The position numbers and the translations under genes were made by a program. A DNA stretch of 44,343 bases from a virus (lineage: Duplodnaviria; Heunggongvirae; Uroviricota; Caudoviricetes). The stretch lies in the IMG/VR virus record IMGVR_UViG_3300035698_025354, one strand, 5' to 3'. Below, one piece after another: positions 36,724 through 44,343 of the stretch. The notes below the pieces were generated by a model. The model had not been told where the DNA came from. It saw nothing but the letters and a program-made list of their open reading frames with translations, and did no database searches. Numbering within the stretch: position 1 is the first letter of the stretch; each line of letters starts with the position of its first letter.

Positions 36724-37461
36724 TTATTGCTTTTCGTAATTCTTGCTTGTTAAGTCTGTTTTTGCTTTTTCGATATTTTTCACATCATACCAAGATGAAA
36801 ACCCTTCTGGTTTTTCATTTTTCAAGAATTCTTCGATTGGAAGGGATTTTGCTTTCTTACCAAGATTTCCATCATAGGTGTTAAAGCATAATTTTCGTGG
36901 GTTATCTCCAACGAATAAAAGAACGTGGGCTTGAGCATCAATCTTTGAATGATCAAATCTGATTCCCTTTTTGGTCCATAATTCGGTTTCATTATGGGAT
37001 TTTAATGAATCGAAATTTACGGCCTGCTGGCTTTGAGATTTTGTTTCTTTTTTTTGCGAAGTTGGTGCCACTTCGGGCTTTTCAGCAGTCTCAGAAGTGC
37101 TCTCGTTTTGGGCAATGTCAGTCACAGGTCGTTCTCCTTCTTTCCAATGTAATTTGGTTTGTCCATGCGTCGGACATGTCAAAAATTCGCAATTAGGTGT
37201 CACTTCTTGCACATACGTACAATTGGGGCAAACAGCCCTAAATTTATCTCCGACTTCAATCACAAATGCGTCACCAGCATCACAATTCTTCAATACTCTC
37301 CGTTGATTGACTTTGACTAGATCACCAGCTTCATTTTTTAGCAAAACGAAACCTTTTCTATCCGGTTTATCAACTTCAATTAAATATTGAGATTTGCTAA
37401 CATGTCCATCAACATTTAAAATTCGAACATATTGTTGTTGTGATACCATTTCGGTAGCCAT
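36724..37461 (-). CDS. hypothetical protein with zinc ribbon
   Basis: CPNC...CPTH; GGAGG RBS before MATEM. Confidence 0.8.
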   Translation of the reverse strand: MATEMVSQQQYVRILNVDGHVSKSQYLIEVDKPDRKGFVLLKNEAGDLVKVNQRRVLKNCDAGDAFVIEVGDKFRAVCPNCTYVQEVTPNCEFLTCPTHGQTKLHWKEGERPVTDIAQNESTSETAEKPEVAPTSQKKETKSQSQQAVNFDSLKSHNETELWTKKGIRFDHSKIDAQAHVLLFVGDNPRKLCFNTYDGNLGKKAKSLPIEEFLKNEKPEGFSSWYDVKNIEKAKTDLTSKNYEKQ

Positions 37462-37566
37462 ATTTACATCCTCCAAAAGCATAAAAATAAAAAAGGATGT
37501 GACAGATCAGAAATAATTTGTTAAATCTAGGTATTAAATACATTTAGAATTACCTTACAATACCAA

Positions 37567-37830
37567 TTATTTTCTTGGTAATCTTAACCCCTCACATAAT
37601 AGGAGATCAAATCTGGCTTCTTTAACAACTTCAGCATATTCTAAATTCGGAATATGTAATATAAAATTGTTTACTACAGCCTCAATTTTTTCTTGTATCA
37701 TGGCTTTTTGAATATTATTTAAACGATCATTGCTTCTGAATTCTAAGACAATACATTGCCTATGTAGTCCGGCTACCGTAGGGACTTCTTTGAAATTGGG
37801 AGGGTAATTGGGATATGGCGATTCATTCAT
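37567..37830 (-). CDS. hypothetical protein
   Basis: 87-aa ORF, TAATG overlap with the HNH gene. Confidence 0.7.
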   Translation of the reverse strand: MNESPYPNYPPNFKEVPTVAGLHRQCIVLEFRSNDRLNNIQKAMIQEKIEAVVNNFILHIPNLEYAEVVKEARFDLLLCEGLRLPRK

Positions 37831-38210
37831 TAAGATTCTCCAACAATTCTTTTCATATGTCTTCTTAATACATTTGTGTCATCTCTGTCATATACTTCCC
37901 TAAAAAGAATAATGTATGCATCATTATCTAGATTACCAGAACTAAACATCCATGATAAATCATTATTCTTTTTTATACCCTTACATTCTTTGCAAATTGG
38001 TAAAGTGTTCGCAGAAATATTAGGGGCTTTGTCTTTTAATGGAAAAGGATGATCAAGAGTCTTGGCCGGTTCTTTACAATACGCACAGCTCTCTGAATAA
38101 TACTCGACTATTTTTTTAACATCATCAACATCAAGTTTATTGTAAATACCGTGTTTTTTTGCTCTATGTCTGGCTTGTCTAACCCAACTACTTATATTTA
38201 AATCACTCAT
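37830..38210 (-). CDS. HNH endonuclease
   Basis: CAYC...TLDHPFPL...N...ICKECKGIK. Confidence 0.85.
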   Translation of the reverse strand: MSDLNISSWVRQARHRAKKHGIYNKLDVDDVKKIVEYYSESCAYCKEPAKTLDHPFPLKDKAPNISANTLPICKECKGIKKNNDLSWMFSSGNLDNDAYIILFREVYDRDDTNVLRRHMKRIVGES

Positions 38211-38234
38211 GATAACTCGTTTCTAGGTAATAAT

Positions 38235-39173
38235 ATGATAAAATTATCACATAATAAATCTATCAAGGTAGCCATACATAATTTTAATCATTGCTCAACT
38301 GTCTGTGGCCTTAACAATGGGTCATTGCTAGCATGGTACTCAGGTAAAGCAGAATGCCTTGACGACCAAAGCGTTTGCATATTATTTATCAATAAAGACA
38401 CCCAAAAACAAACAAATAAAATAATAAAAATAGGGAACAAAACTGGAAACCCAGTTTTAATATCCAACGATAATTCAATCAAATTAATTTACTCCAAATT
38501 CGAACCATGTGAAGAAATCAAAAGACTAACAGATAAATGGAAATATTGTAGCACATGGATGCAAAACATTTCAATAATTAATGAAGAGATAAAGTTAACG
38601 GAAAAACCAATATGCATAGCAAAAAGTAACAAACATTATCTTGGAAGATGCAACCCAATAACATACCAAAATAAAATGTTGTTACCGCTATATGACGAAT
38701 TAAACAGAAAAGGTGTGATTGTAGAAGTGAATGAAAATTCGATATCACCAATAGGAGAAATTGGTGATCATATGATACAGCCAACACTATGGGAGGAAAA
38801 TGAAAAGTTACATTCTTTAAGTAGAAACTTTGGCAATTACAAATCATTCTCTCAATATTCATACTCAAAAGATGGAGGAAAAACATGGTCAAAACCAATA
38901 TCATCTTCCATATTAAACAACAATAGCTCATTGCATGTCATAAGATATAACAAAGAAAACTTCGTTATATGGAACAATACAAGCGGGAAATATCGAAGAA
39001 ATATGGTAATTGGTAAGCTAACAACAAAGAACGGCTCACCTTGTGCAAAGCCATTGCAAATTTTAAATAGTGACAATGGGTCATATCCATCAATGCATGC
39101 AACAAAAAATAAACTAATAACATCATTTACAAGCAAAAGATCGATACAATATGACGAATGGACAACCGGATGA
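38235..39173 (+). CDS. BNR/Asp-box beta-propeller, sialidase-like
   Basis: LLAWYSG..E, GNPVL, LLPLYDE, IQPTL, SKDGGKTWS, NNNSS, SYPS. Confidence 0.85.
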   Translation: MIKLSHNKSIKVAIHNFNHCSTVCGLNNGSLLAWYSGKAECLDDQSVCILFINKDTQKQTNKIIKIGNKTGNPVLISNDNSIKLIYSKFEPCEEIKRLTDKWKYCSTWMQNISIINEEIKLTEKPICIAKSNKHYLGRCNPITYQNKMLLPLYDELNRKGVIVEVNENSISPIGEIGDHMIQPTLWEENEKLHSLSRNFGNYKSFSQYSYSKDGGKTWSKPISSSILNNNSSLHVIRYNKENFVIWNNTSGKYRRNMVIGKLTTKNGSPCAKPLQILNSDNGSYPSMHATKNKLITSFTSKRSIQYDEWTTG

Positions 39174-39303
39174 AGATGAAGAAATCTCTTTAGATGAAGA
39201 AATCGAAAATCCAAAAGAAAATAAAACACAAACAAACAATGAACCAAAATATTACGAATGCGACGATGATTATTTTTGCTTTGAATTAAAATTCTCTAAT
39301 TGA
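39151..39303 (+). CDS. small acidic hypothetical protein (50 aa, below the ORF-track cutoff)
   Basis: MTNGQPDEDEEISLDEEIENPKEN...; fills the gap after the sialidase-like gene. Confidence 0.4.
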   Translation: MTNGQPDEDEEISLDEEIENPKENKTQTNNEPKYYECDDDYFCFELKFSN

Positions 39304-39656
39304 GCAAAAGCGATTTCCACATCCTCGATTACTTCTTCCATATCTTTTATACAAGAGCCATCGATCGCATCACGCCCAGTTTTAGGTGGATTAAATGCCA
39401 CTTTTAATAAATCTGGTGCTATTGTAGATAATGTTATAAGTATTGATCTAGCGTTTTTAATAGAATCACAAATTTGCACTTGCAATGTTCTATTGTCACC
39501 ATATTCTTCTAAGATCTGCTGCATATCATCGGCAAACATATAAGCTGGTTCTAAAGAATGGAATACGGGTAATGTATGAACTCCATTTAACTCATATGAA
39601 AACACTTTTTTATTTGACAAATTGCCATATGTCAACAGCATTATAGGTAGTTTCAT
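39270..39656 (-). CDS. hypothetical protein
   Basis: 128-aa ORF, TAATG overlap. Confidence 0.75.
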   Translation of the reverse strand: MKLPIMLLTYGNLSNKKVFSYELNGVHTLPVFHSLEPAYMFADDMQQILEEYGDNRTLQVQICDSIKNARSILITLSTIAPDLLKVAFNPPKTGRDAIDGSCIKDMEEVIEDVEIAFAQLENFNSKQK

Positions 39657-40501
39657 TATTTAAATTTCCAGTGAAGCTTACTAACAACATTGAGAGGGTG
39701 AATACCTAACACTGAATCTGATCTACTTAGTATCTCTACATCATCCGCAGAATTTAATAATTCAAACAAGTTTGTATTATAGTCATTCTTTTTAAGATAT
39801 TCATTTTGATGTGTGTTATCTGTTATCAACGGTTCAAAATTCACAACAGATGAAATCTTATCTTTTTGTAATCTTAATCCACTTAAAAATGGTGTAGCGT
39901 CAGGTAATTGTTCAATAGCTTGTGCTGTGAATATTACGGAATTATTTTTTATAATTTCATAATCCGATAATTCATAAAAATCAAATTTAGATACATCTAA
40001 GTCAAATTTCTTGGCAACCTTGATAGCATCTGGTATCAATTCGCCACCGTATACAATTTTTCCAATTTCTTTTAAATAGTATAATAAATATCCTGGGCCA
40101 CACCCTAATTCACAAAAATGATCAGCTTTTAATTGTTCTAATGTATATAATAAAATATTTTTCTTCATTGACTTAAATATTTGCCAATTTGTTTTTAAGG
40201 TAGTTCCTAAAAACGTCACATCTAAATCATCTGATTCTACCTTAGACAATTTAGATTTAATATTATGATAAAACGCTAAATCTAAAGTATCTTCAATTGA
40301 TTTAGCTGAATGTGTTGATTGCCACTTATTTGTGTATTCGTCTATTACTGATTGTTTGGTTCTTTTAGTAGGAGACATAAAAGCATCATTAGTGGCAGAG
40401 GGTGATAAATTTAATTGACTATCGGCTGGAAAATGTATCGGATAATCATTAGTCCCTCGTAAGTCTAAACCATTTTCTCGTCCATCGGTGGAATCGGCCA
40501 T
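39656..40501 (-). CDS. class I SAM-dependent methyltransferase
   Basis: ELGCGPG, GGE, FDFY, AIEQLP, FEP; GGAG RBS. Confidence 0.8.
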   Translation of the reverse strand: MADSTDGRENGLDLRGTNDYPIHFPADSQLNLSPSATNDAFMSPTKRTKQSVIDEYTNKWQSTHSAKSIEDTLDLAFYHNIKSKLSKVESDDLDVTFLGTTLKTNWQIFKSMKKNILLYTLEQLKADHFCELGCGPGYLLYYLKEIGKIVYGGELIPDAIKVAKKFDLDVSKFDFYELSDYEIIKNNSVIFTAQAIEQLPDATPFLSGLRLQKDKISSVVNFEPLITDNTHQNEYLKKNDYNTNLFELLNSADDVEILSRSDSVLGIHPLNVVSKLHWKFK

Positions 40502-40575
40502 TTAAATTCTCCCTGTAAATTTTTCAAATATATACTGAAAAGATCGTAAATAAAAACAAAGGCAAATATAGAATT

Positions 40576-42087
40576 ATGAAATTACATAATATAGGAACAA
40601 TCGACGAAAGCAATTTGGTAAGTTCTATTAGAACATTGCTAAATAATAGTACACATGTTCCATTAAATAAAGTTGGAAACCATGAAACTTTCCAACAGTT
40701 ATTTTTAGAATCAGCTATACAAACCAAACTAATGTCTGAGGCTGACTTAACAAATTTACAGGCAATGCTAAAAGCTGGAATAGCAAGATTAAAATCGGCA
40801 TTAACACCAGGAACAAGTTCTGACTTAGACATCTTAATGGCATTCATGGCCCCCGGCGTTGGGGGATCTAAGTCAATTGAGTCATTGCTCAATAGTGCTA
40901 AATTGACTGATAAAAATTTAGGAGAAAATGATGAATGGTGGGATGAATATTTCTCAACATTCAAAATAGATGATTATAATATACAAAAAGACATACGAAA
41001 CCAAGTGGCTGATGAGGTCGGACAGCAAAGTGTTGATCAAGATATGCTCAGAAAAAACGGAACACTATCTCCTTATAATTCCGATGCTGAGAGAGGCGGT
41101 AATAACCAAAACAGCCAGGATTCGCAAGGAAGGCAAGAAAAGGGGCCTTTTGACGAAGAAGACATTTTCTCTCAAGAAATACAAAATTCTGATGAATGGC
41201 GTAAACAATTATTAGATGCTATTTCAAAAGGCAAAGCTGGTAAACAAACAGCTTCAAATAAGTTACGTGACTTGAATGCTAAATTAGACCAATTGTTAAA
41301 AAATGCTCCAAGATCTGAGGGATTTATATTCCCTATCACCGATATGTTATTAGAATATAAATCAGTCCAAAATAATATTCATCTGATAACAAATAATGTG
41401 ATAAGTGTGGCTAATTGCAAGTATGGGTTTAATATTCCTACTATAAATGAAAATGGGTTATTAAACAAATTGCGAACAATGATGGCTAATCCAAAATATG
41501 CTAATAGATTATTAAATAAATCCACAAATACAGATACAAATATCCAAGCTGCAAAACTGGCAATTAGAATAGCAACAGATCATTTAAGAGATAAATTTAA
41601 TATAAAATTAAAATCGGCTGGATTATCACCGTCTGAAATTATAAAAACGTATATTGCATGGAAAAAATTAAAATCGTCTAATGGTGACAAACGAACAATA
41701 CTTGAATTAGAAAACAAATTGAAATCAGCATTTAAGTTATTTGATATAGGTCATAAAACAACATCTAAAACTAAGCCTGAAATGCAGTCATCTGATAGCC
41801 CAGTTTTTGATGATGACAATGATAATGACGATGACCCATTAAGCGTTAATAGGTCAATTGAGGCAAACCCAGAAGGTGCTCTAATAAACATTGATGAAAT
41901 AAAGGCACAAATAGCTACTTCTATTTTGGAAGCAATGCGTGAAACTGCCATGAAGGGTGGAGACTTAAAAGAAGTATATGATTCTGGTAAACGAATTGCT
42001 AAAAAAGCATATAAAATAAACCCGGATGTGACTAAAGAATGTTGGAGAGTGATTAAAATATGGTTAAAAAGAAAAACAAAAAATTAA
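40576..42087 (+). CDS. large hypothetical protein
   Basis: 503-aa ORF, helical with acidic linkers; no motif recognised. Confidence 0.85.
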   Translation: MKLHNIGTIDESNLVSSIRTLLNNSTHVPLNKVGNHETFQQLFLESAIQTKLMSEADLTNLQAMLKAGIARLKSALTPGTSSDLDILMAFMAPGVGGSKSIESLLNSAKLTDKNLGENDEWWDEYFSTFKIDDYNIQKDIRNQVADEVGQQSVDQDMLRKNGTLSPYNSDAERGGNNQNSQDSQGRQEKGPFDEEDIFSQEIQNSDEWRKQLLDAISKGKAGKQTASNKLRDLNAKLDQLLKNAPRSEGFIFPITDMLLEYKSVQNNIHLITNNVISVANCKYGFNIPTINENGLLNKLRTMMANPKYANRLLNKSTNTDTNIQAAKLAIRIATDHLRDKFNIKLKSAGLSPSEIIKTYIAWKKLKSSNGDKRTILELENKLKSAFKLFDIGHKTTSKTKPEMQSSDSPVFDDDNDNDDDPLSVNRSIEANPEGALINIDEIKAQIATSILEAMRETAMKGGDLKEVYDSGKRIAKKAYKINPDVTKECWRVIKIWLKRKTKN

Positions 42088-42713
42088 AAGTCAACCTTTA
42101 ACCAAGTAAATCCATTCTTTTTTAAAAATTCTACAGCGTTTTTTCCTATTTCAGGTGATGCAAGATATCCGTATGATTTAAAATCATTTTCCTGCATTTG
42201 ATCAACATATTTTCTTAACTGTGTTACATGATTAATTGTCGCTTTGTTTCTTTTCACTTCTATAATATGATATTCATTATTTGGGGTTATGCAAACTAAG
42301 TCAACAGGACCGCTATCTGTTCTATATTCTCTCTCTATTACCGCAAATTCTATATTAATAAATAGTTTGTGATTGTTAGCTATTTTATCAACTAATTCTT
42401 TTTCTGTTCTACTTATTTCTATTTTAGAATCAGACCAATCTTCTAATGGTGTATAGTTAATCTGTTCTATAATATCAATAGTAATTTTTTCTTTTTTATT
42501 GATCGATATCAATTTATCTTTTTCAATCGATAATATAGATCCACTTTGTTGATAATTTCTAGCTTTACATAAGTCAGACCCATGGATGATAACAGATCCG
42601 TCTTTTTTATAAATTATTAGATATCGGCCTTTTTCAAGTGTTGAATATGCTCTGCCATCGTATTCAACACTACATAAGGCATATAACATAAATGGCTTTG
42701 TAATATCAATCAT
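42084..42713 (-). CDS. nucS: endonuclease NucS/EndoMS
   Basis: VEYDGRA.S.L..G..LII.K.DGS..IH, NYQ, EKEL, REY.T..GPVDL, IIEVKR, QLRKY. Confidence 0.88.
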   Translation of the reverse strand: MIDITKPFMLYALCSVEYDGRAYSTLEKGRYLIIYKKDGSVIIHGSDLCKARNYQQSGSILSIEKDKLISINKKEKITIDIIEQINYTPLEDWSDSKIEISRTEKELVDKIANNHKLFINIEFAVIEREYRTDSGPVDLVCITPNNEYHIIEVKRNKATINHVTQLRKYVDQMQENDFKSYGYLASPEIGKNAVEFLKKNGFTWLKVDF

Positions 42714-42721
42714 GATAGTGT

Positions 42722-43450
42722 TTACTCATAACCAAATTTTTGTATCACTTCTTTAAACTTATTAGACAGATATGATATTGTGTTATCATTAAGTTTACTT
42801 TTATATTGTTCAACTTTTCCGGATCTTTTATGTTGTAATATATTTTCTTTTTGTGTTGGTCTTGATACTTTATGTAATAAATCTATGTCACTTTGGTTTT
42901 GATACACATTATACTCGCTAAGTGTTACCAAAACATTGTCCAAATCTTCTATTATATTTTCATACTTTATATATTCGTTATTCGTTAAAAGTTTTATTAA
43001 TAACGAATATCTGTCATTTATTGTTTTTATTTGCAATTCATCTGTAACATATTCTTCTAATGTTGATGATTGAATATGCTTTCTTCTTTTTAGAAAATTT
43101 TCTGAATCATTGGTATTAATTGCATGGGACCATCCGTACGAATAATACTGCGATATTATTATGTCTCTTGGGTCTCTTACTAAAAATATGCAGCTATTAT
43201 GGATAGTAAATTCTTCTGATAACATCTCCTTGATGATTGCTGAGTTATATCCGTGAGATGTATATAATGGTCCATATGCACAATTAAAATCTCGTATTTT
43301 CAGAGTGTCTATTTTGTTGTTTGCATATAATTTTAATGGATCAATGTATTGAAGCTGTGATTTTTTTAATATATATTCTTTAAATAATGATGATCCAGTT
43401 TTTGGTAGGCAATATAAATATACTGATTTATTTGGAGAAAAATGCAGCAT
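42722..43450 (-). CDS. sulfotransferase-domain protein
   Basis: LPKTGSS, LVRDPRDIIISQY, IKYE, RSGKVEQYK. Confidence 0.88.
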   Translation of the reverse strand: MLHFSPNKSVYLYCLPKTGSSLFKEYILKKSQLQYIDPLKLYANNKIDTLKIRDFNCAYGPLYTSHGYNSAIIKEMLSEEFTIHNSCIFLVRDPRDIIISQYYSYGWSHAINTNDSENFLKRRKHIQSSTLEEYVTDELQIKTINDRYSLLIKLLTNNEYIKYENIIEDLDNVLVTLSEYNVYQNQSDIDLLHKVSRPTQKENILQHKRSGKVEQYKSKLNDNTISYLSNKFKEVIQKFGYE

Positions 43451-43459
43451 TTTTATAAT

Positions 43460-43774
43460 TTATTCTCTTAGTATATCAGATGGATTAATTGAATTACCAG
43501 ATTTGTCAACATATCCTTCACTCGAATTTATGCCAGGAAGACGGATATAATTTTGTTTTCCCTTCATAACGCCATGTTGGGTGACTTGTCCAGATCCTAA
43601 CAACATTGTTTTTTGTGGATCTAAAGTATATGCCATTTGTGCCTCTAGCCTTGATATGGCGGTGGCGGCGTTTGTTTTTGTTTTTTCCGATTCTAAATTT
43701 GGGGCTACTTGAACATACCCAGCAATTACCGGAATATCTCTATAAATCAAAATGTCATTTTCTGTGTCTGCCAT
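43460..43774 (-). CDS. hypothetical protein
   Basis: 104-aa ORF abutting the upstream stop. Confidence 0.75.
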   Translation of the reverse strand: MADTENDILIYRDIPVIAGYVQVAPNLESEKTKTNAATAISRLEAQMAYTLDPQKTMLLGSGQVTQHGVMKGKQNYIRLPGINSSEGYVDKSGNSINPSDILRE

Positions 43775-44343
43775 TTATAAACAATCCCATTGAAATCTTG
43801 AAGGTAATATCTCATTTGATGAAATGCTACCTAATATTCTTTGTTTTTCAGATTCACTGTCAATTTTAGTTTCGATTAAAACATAATTCTCCTGAGAATT
43901 TACTATACTGGAAAATGATGATTCAATTAATTTAGAGTTGTCGCATAATCTTAAATAAGGAGTATATTTTTCTGGGTCAACTCCTTGTGAGAGAACTAAT
44001 TCTCTTAGCGTTCTCCTTCTATCATTTATTTTTACATTGGGATCAAATAAGTGTCTTTGTAATTCAGTTTTAATAAAAACGTTAGCAGTATCACTGAGAG
44101 GTGCGATAAGATCATCGTCTGGTAACGGACTTCCAGCACCAGGTCTGTCTACTGGGTATGGATATGGTCCCTCAAGAACTGGCGGTAAATTTACTGGATT
44201 ACATCTTAAATTAGTAGTAATAGGTGTCATTCTATCAATCTGGCCAAGGCTTGCCTTAAATGCCACGATAAATTCTGGGTTGTTACCAGCAACAATTACA
44301 TCAGCTCTTTCTATCCCATTGATACTAACAATAGCGTTTTTAA
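43775..44343 (-). CDS. hypothetical protein, 5'-truncated by the window edge
   Basis: Frame stays open upstream of the GTG at 44266 (KNAIVSINGIERADVIVAGNNPEFIVAF...) to the window end. Confidence 0.75.
   Translation of the reverse strand, partial: KNAIVSINGIERADVIVAGNNPEFIVAFKASLGQIDRMTPITTNLRCNPVNLPPVLEGPYPYPVDRPGAGSPLPDDDLIAPLSDTANVFIKTELQRHLFDPNVKINDRRRTLRELVLSQGVDPEKYTPYLRLCDNSKLIESSFSSIVNSQENYVLIETKIDSESEKQRILGSISSNEILPSRFQWDCL

Noticed and set aside
40524-40964. Minus-strand 146-aa ORF
   Set aside because: Antisense to the 503-aa plus-strand gene; no independent support

Overview
AT-rich, gene-dense fragment, mostly minus-strand, with many overlapping start/stop codons, read in the standard genetic code. 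It most likely comes from a large ('huge'/jumbo) phage, although no capsid, terminase or polymerase hallmark is in the window. Several genes point to a Planctomycetota host: RimI, CsrA, ThyX, a sulfatase and an 'FDLxAT' protein. From left to right: (i) a repeat-rich, GC-rich site near 500-720 where the strand composition flips sharply (origin- or terminus-like); (ii) a tandem array of about 21 small, diverged paralogues sharing a D-hydrophobic-x-D-P motif, with 5 more copies dispersed, several broken at 6-nt homopolymers; (iii) a plus-strand block encoding a small-molecule kinase, an NTP-transferase-HAD fusion and a sulfotransferase; (iv) the best candidate for an undescribed system, a co-oriented cluster of pseudokinase, vWA protein, divergent PurA-like ligase, SAM-like/helical protein and Pol-beta-type nucleotidyltransferase; (v) nucleotide and DNA metabolism genes (dUTPase, ThyX, RNase HI, HNH, NucS); (vi) a large glycan building and modifying set (GDP-fucose synthase, duplicated GT2-GT9 pair, GT4, radical SAM, methyltransferases, sulfotransferases, sulfatase, sialidase-like); (vii) a csrA gene with a consensus CsrA site over its own ribosome-binding site, plus hairpins that bury the start codons of two other genes. 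All family calls come from motif recognition by eye, not from database searches.
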